64,000 nt of DNA from Candidatus Aenigmatarchaeota archaeon. Its GTDB lineage: Archaea > Aenigmatarchaeota > Aenigmatarchaeia > QMZP01 > QMZT01. Both the position numbers and the translations under genes were made by a program. Shown here in pieces: positions 29,248-39,402 of the stretch. Numbering within the stretch: the first letter of the stretch is position 1; each line of letters opens with the position of its first letter. The notes beneath the pieces were generated by a model. The model saw only the letters and a list, made by a program, of their open reading frames with translations, did not search any database and was not told where the DNA came from. Location of the stretch: assembly GCA_026397315.1 (NCBI GenBank), contig JAPLVC010000001.1:96001-160000 (forward strand). The letters are read 5' to 3'.

Positions 29248-31074
29248 AACCCGCAACGTCCTCGCGCTGATTGCGTAAAGTATTTTCTTTCCCTCGTCGG
29301 ACTTCTTTTTTATGCGCACCTCGCCCTTGCCGCCTATGACAGGCGAGAAGAGATACGTCTCTCCGTCGTATATGTCTATCTGCTTGCCGACGTGCTCATT
29401 CCCCAGTATTATGCTGAACGCCTTGCCGCGCTCGCCTATCTCGAATGAGACGTCATGCTTGAACGTGTTCTGCAGCGGCTCGACCGTGATGCGTATGCCC
29501 GCGCGTCTCTCGAGCTCTTCGATGTTCCTGCCCTTCTTGCCTATGACCTGGGCTATGGCATCGTTGTTGACGCGCAGCACGACGCGGTTGTCCGAGGCGA
29601 ATTCGAGCTCGAAGTTCTCGTCTATCTGGCCCATCTCCTGCTTGATTATCCTCGTCACTTTCTCCACGACGGGCTTCGAGGCTTCCTTTATCGGGATGAC
29701 GACGTTCTCCTCGCCGAATGTGTAAATCTCGTATTCGAGCTTCTTCGTCTCGAAGTCGCGCACTTCCACGACCGGACGGGCGAGATCCGCCTCGGTCATG
29801 CCGCTAGGGACTTTGACGAGCAGGCCAAGCGTGTATATCCTCTCTATCCTGCCGTTGCGTATGTAGATTATCGTGTCGACCACGTGCGGGATCATGCCCA
29901 GCTCGATGCGTCCCATGAATCGCTGGACGGCAGAGATTATGTCGGTCGCGTGCACGACGCCTATCATGCCCACGCCCGCGAGGCGCATGTCCGCGAAGAC
30001 GCGGAAGTCCTTCGTCTTGCGCACTTCATCGAATACGGTGTAGTCCGGCCTCACCAGCAGAAGCATTTCTGCGGTCTTTTCCCAGTCGCCTTCGAGCGGC
30101 GCATACTGCGTTATCTCGGGCCCGACCTGCAGGTCTCGCGGCTGCTCGAACGTCTTGACTATCTTGCCCTTCGCGCACAGGAATTCCGCGACGCTCGCTG
30201 CGAACGTCGATTTTCCCGAGCCCGGTGGCCCTGCTATGAGCACGCCGCGCGTGTCGTTGACTAGCGCGTCCTCGAGGTCCTTGTGCAGGGCGTAGTCTTT
30301 CAGCTCGAGTTTTACGATAGGCCGCACGGCCGTGATTTCAGTCGCGGACGAGAAAGGTGGCCTTGTAATCGCGATCCTGTAGAGCCCCATCTGCACGACC
30401 ATTGCACTAGCGCCTTGTCGGCCTATCTCTATGAACGATGACGGGTCCTTGTGGACTTTCGAAAGTATCTCGTACACGATGGTCTTCAGCTCGTCTTCAT
30501 CGACCAGCTTCTCGCGTATGTGGACCAGCTTGACTTCGCCCGGCTTCCCTCGCTTCGCATACGGCCTTACTCCGACCTTGAGGTGAACCGATTGCGTATC
30601 GGGTGTGAAGAAGCCCTCTATCTTTATTTCCTTGTGGCTGATGTCGTACGGCACGTATTCTATCGATACGTTCTCCGCCTCGCCCACCAGCGCCTGTACA
30701 TAATCGCTGGTCAAAAGCGTAGCGCCTTCCTTGACAGCAAAATCGCGGATCAAAGCGTCGAGACGTCCTTTTTTCGCGAGGCTTATGTCGTCCTGAGACG
30801 GGCGGTCGCCGTCGAACGAGAGCTTGATTTTATGCTTCTCCGCCAGCAGGCGCACCTTCTTTATCTCCTCTAGGCCGCGGAAGCCTATGTCCTTGCCGCG
30901 CGACGCCTGCGCCTGCAGCTCGTCGATTACGATGCGCGGCACGACGATGCGTATGCCGTTCAGCTTGCCCTCCTCTATGAGCTCGGAGAGCTTCCTGTTT
31001 ATCAGCACTGAAGTATCAGGCACGAGCGTTTTAGAGCCAGTATTGGCTATGTTGCGAATAGTATTCATTACCAT
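29239..31074 (-). CDS. PIN-domain P-loop ATPase with KH domain (PINA)
   Basis: VPDTSVL PIN motif, GPPGSGKST, RPDYTVFDEVR, KH motif VIGKKG. Confidence 0.93.
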   Translation of the reverse strand: MVMNTIRNIANTGSKTLVPDTSVLINRKLSELIEEGKLNGIRIVVPRIVIDELQAQASRGKDIGFRGLEEIKKVRLLAEKHKIKLSFDGDRPSQDDISLAKKGRLDALIRDFAVKEGATLLTSDYVQALVGEAENVSIEYVPYDISHKEIKIEGFFTPDTQSVHLKVGVRPYAKRGKPGEVKLVHIREKLVDEDELKTIVYEILSKVHKDPSSFIEIGRQGASAMVVQMGLYRIAITRPPFSSATEITAVRPIVKLELKDYALHKDLEDALVNDTRGVLIAGPPGSGKSTFAASVAEFLCAKGKIVKTFEQPRDLQVGPEITQYAPLEGDWEKTAEMLLLVRPDYTVFDEVRKTKDFRVFADMRLAGVGMIGVVHATDIISAVQRFMGRIELGMIPHVVDTIIYIRNGRIERIYTLGLLVKVPSGMTEADLARPVVEVRDFETKKLEYEIYTFGEENVVIPIKEASKPVVEKVTRIIKQEMGQIDENFELEFASDNRVVLRVNNDAIAQVIGKKGRNIEELERRAGIRITVEPLQNTFKHDVSFEIGERGKAFSIILGNEHVGKQIDIYDGETYLFSPVIGGKGEVRIKKKSDEGKKILYAISARTLRVLV

Positions 31075-31199
31075 AGTATCTCCTCTTAATTCTATATCGT
31101 TTGCATCTAGATTGTATCGACTAAAACCAGCAGCTTATGTTTAATAGCAAAAGAGGTTTAAAAAACTTTTACAGCGCGTTCACAGCGTGTTTTGTGCGC

Positions 31200-32507
31200 T
31201 CACAGCGTATGATGGGAGACTATCGCCTTCTTCACGTCGCTGGCTGCGAGCAGCGTCTCTTTCCCGCTCTTCATGTCGCGCAGCTTGACCTTCTTCTCGG
31301 CGAGCTCCTTCTTGCCCAGGAACACGACGTAAGGAATCCCCAGCGAGTTCGCATAGTTGAGGTTCGAGGATATTCCCCTCTCAAGCAGGTCTATCTCCGT
31401 GCGTATGCCGCTCGCCCTCAACTCGTTCGCCAGCTTTATCGCTTCCTTCAGCGTGCCTATGGGTATGACCAGCGCTTCCGTCACCGTCTTCATCGTCGTC
31501 TTCTTCCTCTCTTTAAGCGCCTCGAAAATGGGCTCGATGCCGAACGAGATGCCGGTCGCCGGATATTCGCCCCGTCCTATGAACATGCCTATCATCTTGT
31601 CGTAGCGGCCGCCACCGGCTGCTGAAGACGTGACTTTCGAGTTGTTCATGAATACCTCGAAGACCGGCCCAGTGTAGTATTCGAGCCCGCGCGCCAGCGA
31701 GAAGTCGAGTTTTATCGCTACGTTCATCAGCTCGCAGTATTCCAGAAGTTCGCGCAGTTCTTTTATGCCCTCTTTCCCGTCTGCTTCGTTTTTCATGAGC
31801 TTCTCCGTCTTCTCAAGCATTTCCAAATTGTTGCCCTTGATTTCCAGAATCTTTAACACGGCGTCTATCGCTTTATCATCGAAGCCTTTCTGCTCCATCT
31901 CTTTCTTCACAACATCGATGCCAAACTTCTCAAGCTTGTCTATCGAGAGAATCGCGTCCATCTTGTTCTCCTTTATGCCCGCGTAGTCGAGAATGCCGTT
32001 CATGAGCTTGCGGTTGTTGACCCTGATGGTTATGTCCATGCTGATTTTCGCGAAGAACTCAGCCACGATAGCCAGAATCTCGGCCTCGGCGAGCATCGAC
32101 TTCGTTCCGACTACGTCGACGTCGCACTGCATGAACTCGCGATATCGTCCGAGCTTGATTGGCCCGTCCCTCCAGACCGGCTGGATTTGATATCGCTTGA
32201 AAGGCTTCGGCAGGTTGGGATTCATGCCCACGACCTTCGCCATCGGAACCGTTAAATCATAGCGTAACGCCAGTTCGCGACCTCCTTGGTCCTCGACCTT
32301 GAATATCTCCTTCATTATTTCAGAACCGCCCGCGAATTTCGCAGACAGCACGTCAATCCTTTCAATAGCCGGAGTTTCCAGTGGCGAGTAGCCGTATTTC
32401 TCGAATATCGCCTTCAGCGTCTCGATTATGCGCTTCCTGGGGATAGCTTCCTCTGGCAAAAAGTCCCTCACTCCTTTCGCGTTGATGGGCTCGAATTTTT
32501 CAGTCAT
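31200..32507 (-). CDS. hisS: histidine--tRNA ligase
   Basis: GVRDFLP, LRYDLTVP, GRYREFMQCD, RGLEYYTG, GGGRYD. Confidence 0.98.
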   Translation of the reverse strand: MTEKFEPINAKGVRDFLPEEAIPRKRIIETLKAIFEKYGYSPLETPAIERIDVLSAKFAGGSEIMKEIFKVEDQGGRELALRYDLTVPMAKVVGMNPNLPKPFKRYQIQPVWRDGPIKLGRYREFMQCDVDVVGTKSMLAEAEILAIVAEFFAKISMDITIRVNNRKLMNGILDYAGIKENKMDAILSIDKLEKFGIDVVKKEMEQKGFDDKAIDAVLKILEIKGNNLEMLEKTEKLMKNEADGKEGIKELRELLEYCELMNVAIKLDFSLARGLEYYTGPVFEVFMNNSKVTSSAAGGGRYDKMIGMFIGRGEYPATGISFGIEPIFEALKERKKTTMKTVTEALVIPIGTLKEAIKLANELRASGIRTEIDLLERGISSNLNYANSLGIPYVVFLGKKELAEKKVKLRDMKSGKETLLAASDVKKAIVSHHTL

Positions 32508-32609
32508 TTTAATCACATGAGCTTGTTGCTATTTTATTATTTTGTTTAGCTGGTATTAATTTCAATTCCGTGCGGCGTCTTAAAAAGAAATCGTTTGAAA
32601 CCGGCGGTA

Positions 32610-32840
32610 TCAGTTAAGCTCGAGCTTTTCTAGCTCTTCGTTGCCGAACGTCGTGACCGCGTCGATATGGCGAGGGTCTTTCTGCAGCACGACGAACACT
32701 TTCTCGAAAATCAGGCCCTCTATCGCCTCGGGCTCGCTCTCCAGCAGGCTCTCCAAATCGAATTCCATCTCCCTCATGATTTCCAGGACTACCTTTTTCA
32801 CCGTGACTTCCATGTCCCTCTCTTCCGTGTTGAATGCCAT
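32610..32840 (-). CDS. small acidic hypothetical protein
   Basis: ORF with host-like codon usage between the phosphoesterase and hisS; start inferred. Confidence 0.55.
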   Translation of the reverse strand: MAFNTEERDMEVTVKKVVLEIMREMEFDLESLLESEPEAIEGLIFEKVFVVLQKDPRHIDAVTTFGNEELEKLELN

Positions 32841-32868
32841 GCTTTCACTTTCTTTCGCTTTTTGGGTT

Positions 32869-33450
32869 CTAAACATCAAATACCGCCACCTTCTGCGAAG
32901 GCAGGTCGACGATCGCTGCCTTCCTGAATTCCGGAAGTGCCGCGTTCACGTATAGCGTGCCCTTGTGCTTCACGACGCCGGCCGATTCGTGTATGTGCCC
33001 GAACACGTGCATTGCGGGCTTCAATCGCTCGATCACGTCTCTCAGCTCCGGCATGCCCGCGTTGCTGCCGAAATAGCTCATGTCGAGTATGTCGTAGGGC
33101 GGGTCGTGCGTTATGATTATGAGCTTCTTGGGGTCCTTCCCTTTTGCGAGCTTCTCTATCTCATCGTAATGGCCGTATTCCACGCCCAGGAAATAGTAAC
33201 CCTTGTGCTCGGCGACCTCATTCACCAGCACCTTTACTCTCTTGCTTCGTGCCTTTAAATGCCTGTCCCAGTTGCCGTGGACGACGAAAGTGATAAAGCT
33301 GGTCGACGCGAACACTTTCGTGGCAAACTCTTCAGACAGGAAGTCGCCGGCATTGACTATCACATCGACTTTCTCCTTCGTCGCGAGCTTTTCGACCCGC
33401 TCGGCTATCTCCAAGTCACGATGATAGTCGGAAACGCACATTATTCTCAT
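32869..33450 (-). CDS. calcineurin-like metallophosphoesterase
   Basis: SDYH, AGD, GNWD, THDPP, FGHIHE. Confidence 0.92.
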   Translation of the reverse strand: MRIMCVSDYHRDLEIAERVEKLATKEKVDVIVNAGDFLSEEFATKVFASTSFITFVVHGNWDRHLKARSKRVKVLVNEVAEHKGYYFLGVEYGHYDEIEKLAKGKDPKKLIIITHDPPYDILDMSYFGSNAGMPELRDVIERLKPAMHVFGHIHESAGVVKHKGTLYVNAALPEFRKAAIVDLPSQKVAVFDV

Positions 33451-33507
33451 AGCAATCCTTTTTCGCGCATGTATTAATAAATTCACAGAGCAGCCAGCCG
33501 CCAGCAG

Positions 33508-34692
33508 TCATGCCAGCAGATCCATGCACACGAGGACGATTGTTTCTGAAAAATGCACGAGTTCAGCGAGAGAAATATATTCATTTGACATGTGGGCAAG
33601 GCCCTTCCCGGGCGAGAAACCGACAGCAGTCACGCCCGCAGCGGCGAGCGGCTTGATGAGAGTCGTTCCTGAAATGCCTATGATCTCCGCCTTCTTCCCC
33701 GTCACCTCGACGACGCGCTTCTTTATCATTCCAATCAGCGCATTGCCGCCGTCGACAGCGACGGGCTTCTGGTCGTCAATCACTTCAAGCGTGAATCTCG
33801 CTTTCTTATTTTTCTTCGCAACAGCGGCAAGCATCCTCTTCACATCGCCTATAATCGCTAGCGACGACTGCGACGGCAGATAGCGGATATCGATAGTCGC
33901 CTCACACTTCGCAGGCACGATATTCGCCGCTTCCCCGCCACGCACAATACCCAGATTCAGCGTCGGAGGCGAGAGAAGCGCATGTTTCTTGAATTTCATC
34001 CGCTTATCATATCCCTTCAAAAGTTTCAAGAATTCAACCATGTGCCAGACAGCGTTTATCCCTTCGTCAGGCGCAGAGCCATGTGCTTGCTTCCCGAACG
34101 ACGTGACTTTCAAAAACAGCAACCCCTTTTCAGCGACGTCTATCTTCCTCAGCTCGTGCTCTATGTCAGGCACAATCGCATACTCAGCAGAAAGTCCGCA
34201 TTCGTCGAGCAGGTAGCGCATGCCAGCTTTTGAGCCTGCTTCTTCATCCGCGACGCATGCGACAATGACCTGGCCGTGAAGCGACGATTCGACTTTCTTC
34301 AGCGTTTTCGCAGCCATGAGTATGCCGGCAAGCGGGCCTTTGTTGTCGACCGCGCCTCTGCCATAAATTTTATCACCATCGACGCGAGCCTTGAATGGGT
34401 TGGAATCCCATCCCTCGCCTGCAGGGACGACATCCATATGGCACGCCAGAAGAAGGCGAGGGTGACCTTTGCCGATATAGCCGATGATGTTCGCCCGTCC
34501 CTTCTCCTTCTCAAATATGCGATAGGCAATCCCTTCAGTCTCGAAGAAGCGTTTCACAACGCCGGCCGCACGCGACTCGTTGCCGGGCGGATTAGTCGTG
34601 TCCTCAGCGATAAGGTCAGAGAGCAGCTTTATGGTCTCGCTCCTCGCAGGCGTCGAAGGGCCTGAAGCATTTGAAGTTTTGCGAATCTCCAT
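33508..34692 (-). CDS. M20 family deacylase (ArgE/DapE-like)
   Basis: HMDVVP, GRGAVDNKG, DEE, GKQAHGS, AHMSNE. Confidence 0.92.
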   Translation of the reverse strand: MEIRKTSNASGPSTPARSETIKLLSDLIAEDTTNPPGNESRAAGVVKRFFETEGIAYRIFEKEKGRANIIGYIGKGHPRLLLACHMDVVPAGEGWDSNPFKARVDGDKIYGRGAVDNKGPLAGILMAAKTLKKVESSLHGQVIVACVADEEAGSKAGMRYLLDECGLSAEYAIVPDIEHELRKIDVAEKGLLFLKVTSFGKQAHGSAPDEGINAVWHMVEFLKLLKGYDKRMKFKKHALLSPPTLNLGIVRGGEAANIVPAKCEATIDIRYLPSQSSLAIIGDVKRMLAAVAKKNKKARFTLEVIDDQKPVAVDGGNALIGMIKKRVVEVTGKKAEIIGISGTTLIKPLAAAGVTAVGFSPGKGLAHMSNEYISLAELVHFSETIVLVCMDLLA

Positions 34693-34839
34693 GATTAATA
34701 TTTCCCGCAGCCATACTAATAACCGATACGTCAGTTAGGACATTGCAAAAATATTCGACAACATTGAAGATGTCTCTCTGCCTGAGAATGAATTTTAATT
34801 TATAAGTCAAAAATTCAAAATTATTCAAGTGTTATTTCC

Positions 34840-35469
34840 ATGGCAGATCCATCTGTGGTGAATGAAACCTTTATACAATTATTAGTGGTAGTCGTATTTG
34901 TTTTGATTTACTCTACTTTCATATATTATTTTGCTGGATCGAAACGAAAAGCAATAGAACAGAGAAAAAAACGTTTTTACAAAGCATTGGTAGAAGGTTT
35001 AAAAAATAATTCCATAGAATCAATAGATGATGTTATAAACGTTTACAAAGGTATTTCTGGGTTAAGTTCAGAAAATTTAACATACAGATATCATTTAAGT
35101 AAATATTTGCGTCAATTTATGTATGAAATTATTTCTAAAAATAAATTATTAATTGAATCCGAACTGGATGATGAAACAATAATAAAATGGAAAGTTAAAA
35201 TATCTAAATTTATTGAGAAAAATGAAGAATTTTCTCCATATGCAGATATACCTGCGGCAGAAAGAAATGTTCTAAGTGATATTTCAGTATTTATTGAGAA
35301 AAAGGATACAGAATCAATAAAAAGGAAAATAGGTGAATTAGCTGGAATGATTCAAGCCAGACAGGATGATATGAATAAAATTAGAAATATAAACAACTGG
35401 ACAATTCCACTTTCAGTGATAGGTCTTGTGTTAACGGTTATATTTGGTATATTAGCAATCACCACTTAA
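34840..35469 (+). CDS. AT-rich hypothetical protein with N- and C-terminal TM helices
   Basis: 209-aa ORF with composition strongly unlike host genes. Confidence 0.75.
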   Translation: MADPSVVNETFIQLLVVVVFVLIYSTFIYYFAGSKRKAIEQRKKRFYKALVEGLKNNSIESIDDVINVYKGISGLSSENLTYRYHLSKYLRQFMYEIISKNKLLIESELDDETIIKWKVKISKFIEKNEEFSPYADIPAAERNVLSDISVFIEKKDTESIKRKIGELAGMIQARQDDMNKIRNINNWTIPLSVIGLVLTVIFGILAITT

Positions 35470-35507
35470 TCAATTGAAAATTATTTATCTGGATCTCAAT
35501 TTCGAAA

Positions 35508-35561
35508 AACCGCTATATACTCGGTGCGTGCTCAGAAGAAAACGTATCGGTACTGGCGGTT
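35508..35561. repeat. imperfect hairpin AAC...GTT (attC-like)
   Basis: AACCGCTA/TGGCGGTT and CGGTGCGT/ACGTATCG arms with bulged bases, between two AT-rich ORFs. Confidence 0.45.
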
Positions 35562-35618
35562 AGTGAATGAAAATGTTTAAACATAGTAATTTATATCCCA
35601 TTCCAAATTCTCAAATAT

Positions 35619-36428
35619 ATGATAAAATCTTTATTACCTGAAGATTGGCACAAGATAATAATTTCAGTTGAAAAACACGATAAAATTAATGATATATATT
35701 TTCCAATAGGAACAGGGTTTCTGATAGGGTATAAAGGATTCACCGTTTTTGTAACTGCTAAACACATAGCTGAAATCATGGATAAAAATGAAGATATTTA
35801 TTTAGCTTGGAATGCAAATGATAGTTCAATAATAAGAAAGAATTTCGAAAATTTAAAAAATGATTCAGAGTGGATATTTCACGAAAATTCTCAAATCGAT
35901 ATAGCAGTAAGATTTTTTAAATTATATTCCGAGTCAGATGATGTGAGAGTATTGGCTGAAAACCTTTTTGAAAGCTTTGAAGATGTAATGGAAGGAGATG
36001 ATATTTTATTTCTTGGTTTTCCACTTCACATTTCAGAACCTAATAAAATCCACCCGGTGGTTAGAAGTGGTATAATAGCATATAGAAAAGAAAATAAAAA
36101 CTTCCTGATAGATGCAAATGTTTTTCCTGGAAGTAGTGGAAGTCCTGTTTTTTTAAAAACAAGTGCAATAACATATGAAAAAGGAAATTTCAACTTGGGT
36201 AAAGTTAGAATACCAAAATTAGTTGGAATAATAATCGAAGCTTTACTTTATGATGACATCGCAATTAGTCAGCAAACAAAAAGGCATGTGGTTACTTTTT
36301 CAGAAAATGCTGGTTTTGGTGTTGTCTTATCTGTGGATTTAATAAATGATATACTAGAAAGTCAAAATTTTCAAATGCTATTTGAAAAAATAAAAAAAAT
36401 AGACGCTGAAATAAATAAAGATAAATGA
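35619..36428 (+). CDS. trypsin-like serine protease (AT-rich)
   Basis: GTGF, TAKH (His), IDIA (Asp), PGSSGSPV (Ser); no signal peptide. Confidence 0.85.
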   Translation: MIKSLLPEDWHKIIISVEKHDKINDIYFPIGTGFLIGYKGFTVFVTAKHIAEIMDKNEDIYLAWNANDSSIIRKNFENLKNDSEWIFHENSQIDIAVRFFKLYSESDDVRVLAENLFESFEDVMEGDDILFLGFPLHISEPNKIHPVVRSGIIAYRKENKNFLIDANVFPGSSGSPVFLKTSAITYEKGNFNLGKVRIPKLVGIIIEALLYDDIAISQQTKRHVVTFSENAGFGVVLSVDLINDILESQNFQMLFEKIKKIDAEINKDK

Positions 36429-36483
36429 ATAAAAGATAATTCAATTAATTTTATTGTAAAAATCATTGCTGTATAATCTCTAA

Positions 36484-36684
36484 TTATTTTTTTCTTTTTA
36501 TGGGTATTATTGAGCCTGCCATATACGCAATTACCATTAAAACAATTCCAATCAGTCCTAACACGAGAAGGCTACTCCAATCATTCACATCTTTGCTAAA
36601 ATCTTTAAAGGCGACTAATGCTTGAATAAATGCAGTTAATGCTAAAATCAAAGTTGCTTTCTCAACCATATTTTCTTTAGTCAT
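36484..36684 (-). CDS. small two-TM protein (AT-rich)
   Basis: 66 aa, two hydrophobic helices; directly downstream of mbf1. Confidence 0.55.
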   Translation of the reverse strand: MTKENMVEKATLILALTAFIQALVAFKDFSKDVNDWSSLLVLGLIGIVLMVIAYMAGSIIPIKRKK

Positions 36685-36693
36685 GTTTACCGT

Positions 36694-37077
36694 CTATTTA
36701 ACATACAATTCCAATCGATAAAATCGTTCTATCCTCTTTGCTGTTGCGTCGTCGGGCTTGAAGCCGCCCTCGATGCGCTTGTACATCTGGCGGGAGATGT
36801 TCATCTTGTCCGCGGCCTCGTCCTGGGTGAGATTCGCTTTTTCGCGTGCATGGCGGATTTTTGACGAGAAGTCTTGCGCTAGCTCGCTGTCGCTTTCTAT
36901 CGATTCCGCCCTGGGCGCGCTAGAGATGCTGTGCTGGGGCTGGAGGAATACCTTTTTCGGCTGGTAGACTTCCTTGCCGAGCTTCGCGCAGTCTTCGCAC
37001 ACGCTGAGAATGACGCCGTCGATTTCGGCTTTTTTTGCGCCAGAAGTATCCTTTCCGCAAACCTCGCATTCAGACAT
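36694..37077 (-). CDS. archaeal multiprotein bridging factor 1 (aMBF1)
   Basis: CEVCG..IDG..VCEDC..G zinc ribbon plus Cro-type HTH IRHAREKANLTQDEAA. Confidence 0.9.
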   Translation of the reverse strand: MSECEVCGKDTSGAKKAEIDGVILSVCEDCAKLGKEVYQPKKVFLQPQHSISSAPRAESIESDSELAQDFSSKIRHAREKANLTQDEAADKMNISRQMYKRIEGGFKPDDATAKRIERFYRLELYVK

Positions 37078-37125
37078 AGAAATGCGCACTCTCTTATCGC
37101 TTGGTTAAAATTCAATTGGCTTAGC

Positions 37126-38274
37126 TTAGTAAGCTATGCCCACCTTGACGCCATTGATTTCCCAGCTGCCCGTGCCTGCGAACGATATCGTGTTGGCTCC
37201 CTCGATTACGTCGCTGGATGTGAAGTCGAGCGTATTCGCGCCCGCACGCACTGACTGTATGTTGAGCTGGTTGTCGTTTATCTTTATGTTCAGGACGCCC
37301 TGCTTGTATGTGCTGTTCACGACGAACTCGATGCGTCCTTTGCCATTCGCCTTGAGCAGGTTCAGGTTCTCGCTGGTCACTGTGAAGTCGCGCTCTTTTA
37401 CAGAGCTGCCTGCAGCGACGACCACGTCGAACTCAGCATCGTCAATCTCGTATACGCTGTCCGACTTGAATGAAAGCACGTTGTCGCCTATCTTGAGCAT
37501 GTTGCCGATTTGGGAATACTGGAACTCCTTGGACACGACGTGCTCTGGATTCGAGGAGCTGTATATGTCGTTGCCGTTGAGCTTGACGCGTATCAGGCCG
37601 GACTGCCCGCTGGTTGTGTAGAACTTGAGCACGCCCTTGCTCCACGTTTCCACTTCGTTGGGATATATCTTGAATGACATGAACTTCTCCGGTCCGTATT
37701 CTGCGACGACTGCGAAGTTCTGGAGGCCGTAATATGTCGAGGCCCAGAAATACATGCCGGGCGTCGATGCGCTCAGCTCTAACGTATTCGATTCTTTCAC
37801 GTCGGCCGGGTCTATAACAATATCATACCTGTTGAGATTCGCCAGCTTCTCGAAAACGACCTTGTCGTTCCATTTTACAATAAGGTTTCCATATAGGTTA
37901 GTCTCTCCCATGTCGAACGATACCTTTACGTCGCGTATGCTGCCGAGCACGTTCGGGTCGACGTATATCTCGAACTTCTTGGGATCGCCGCCGAAATACC
38001 CTTGGGAAACGCCGAGATTCGGAAGGCTCTTGAGCGTGTCGGACTGGGTCTCTCCGAGCGTGAAGGATCCGAATCGTATCGCCCTGACGACTTCGTTCTG
38101 CGAGACGCCTACGTTGCCCAGATCGAAAGAAGCAAGAGACTTGTAGTTTCCAGTGGCTCCGCCGCCCTGGCCGGGCCAGTTGCCTTCGGCCATCTGGGCC
38201 AGAGGTCCGCCTACGACCATGAGCGCCGCTATCGCCACGAGCGCTATTATCAGAATAACGATGAACTCGTCCAT
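37126..38274 (-). CDS. membrane-anchored beta-rich hypothetical protein
   Basis: N-terminal TM helix, beta-strand-rich ectodomain, host codon usage. Confidence 0.75.
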   Translation of the reverse strand: MDEFIVILIIALVAIAALMVVGGPLAQMAEGNWPGQGGGATGNYKSLASFDLGNVGVSQNEVVRAIRFGSFTLGETQSDTLKSLPNLGVSQGYFGGDPKKFEIYVDPNVLGSIRDVKVSFDMGETNLYGNLIVKWNDKVVFEKLANLNRYDIVIDPADVKESNTLELSASTPGMYFWASTYYGLQNFAVVAEYGPEKFMSFKIYPNEVETWSKGVLKFYTTSGQSGLIRVKLNGNDIYSSSNPEHVVSKEFQYSQIGNMLKIGDNVLSFKSDSVYEIDDAEFDVVVAAGSSVKERDFTVTSENLNLLKANGKGRIEFVVNSTYKQGVLNIKINDNQLNIQSVRAGANTLDFTSSDVIEGANTISFAGTGSWEINGVKVGIAY

Positions 38275-38384
38275 ATTGATTCTATCGGGAGAATGCTTTA
38301 AATCTTTATTTTATACGCCTCCACAAATTAAATCAGGTAGTGTATAAGCTGAACGCGGGAGCGATACGGAAGCAACGTGAAAAC

Positions 38385-39389
38385 ATGAAAATACTGCACA
38401 GGGACATGAAGGAGCAGGTGCTGAAGCTCCACCCCGAGACCATGGAGGATCTGTGGCATCTCGAGAAAGTGATTGAGCCCGGCGATCTGATTACCTCTAG
38501 GACTCTCCGCAAGACTTCGATTAAAAGCGGCGGCGACTACGAATACGGCGATAAGAAGCCCATGGTCCTGACCATACGCCTGGAGAAGATGGAACTGCAG
38601 AAGGACTCCGGCGTGCTTCGACTGAGCGGGCCCATCGCATCAGGTCCGCCTGAAGTGCCGCTCAATTCTTACCATTCCATGAGCATAGAGGTAGGCAGCG
38701 TGCTGTCCATACAGAAGAAGCGGTGGAAGTCGCATCAGCTCGACAGGCTGGAGAAGGCGAAGGTGAAGAAGGCGAAGCTGCTCATATGCGTGCTCGACAG
38801 GGAGGACGCAGATTTCGCTGTCCTCAGCGAGGCTGGCATAGAGATGAAGGCGAGCGTGACCAATTACGACAGGGAACACATGGAAAAGTATTATGAGGAG
38901 ATAATAGCGTATCTCAAGACGCAGGATTCGCAAACGATAGTGATTGGCGGGCCGGGGTTCGAGCGCGAGAACCTGCAGCGTCACATAAGGGCTAACCACA
39001 AGGACTTCGCCAAGAACATCATAGTGGAGCACGCGAGTTCGACGGGCATGAACGGCGTGCAGGAGATACTCAAGAAATCCGCTAACCGCATTTTAAAAGA
39101 GACGCGCGTCGCGAAGGAAGCGGAATACGTCAATGAAGTGATGAAGCGCATAAAGACGGACGGCTTAGTTGTGTACGGGCCGAAAGAGACTGCTAAGGCG
39201 GTAGCGATGGGCGCGGTCGAGACGCTGCTAGTCTCGCAGGAAAAGGTCGATGAATTCGAGCATCTGATGGAAGCGGAGGAGAAAATGGCCGGGAACGTCG
39301 TCGTCATAGCGAGCGACCACGAGCTGGGCGAGCAGTTCCTGCACCTCGGCGGGATCGCAGGTTTTCTGAGATTCAAGACGGATTTTTAA
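38385..39389 (+). CDS. pelA: pelota/Dom34 ribosome rescue factor
   Basis: EDLWHL, GPGF, YGPKE..GAVETLL, LGGIAGFLRF. Confidence 0.95.
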   Translation: MKILHRDMKEQVLKLHPETMEDLWHLEKVIEPGDLITSRTLRKTSIKSGGDYEYGDKKPMVLTIRLEKMELQKDSGVLRLSGPIASGPPEVPLNSYHSMSIEVGSVLSIQKKRWKSHQLDRLEKAKVKKAKLLICVLDREDADFAVLSEAGIEMKASVTNYDREHMEKYYEEIIAYLKTQDSQTIVIGGPGFERENLQRHIRANHKDFAKNIIVEHASSTGMNGVQEILKKSANRILKETRVAKEAEYVNEVMKRIKTDGLVVYGPKETAKAVAMGAVETLLVSQEKVDEFEHLMEAEEKMAGNVVVIASDHELGEQFLHLGGIAGFLRFKTDF

Positions 39390-39402
39390 ATCTCTTTAAA
39401 AT

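Noticed and set aside
31170-31210. Three ACAGCG repeats between hisS and PINA
   Set aside because: Short, irregularly spaced and partly coding; no supportable function.
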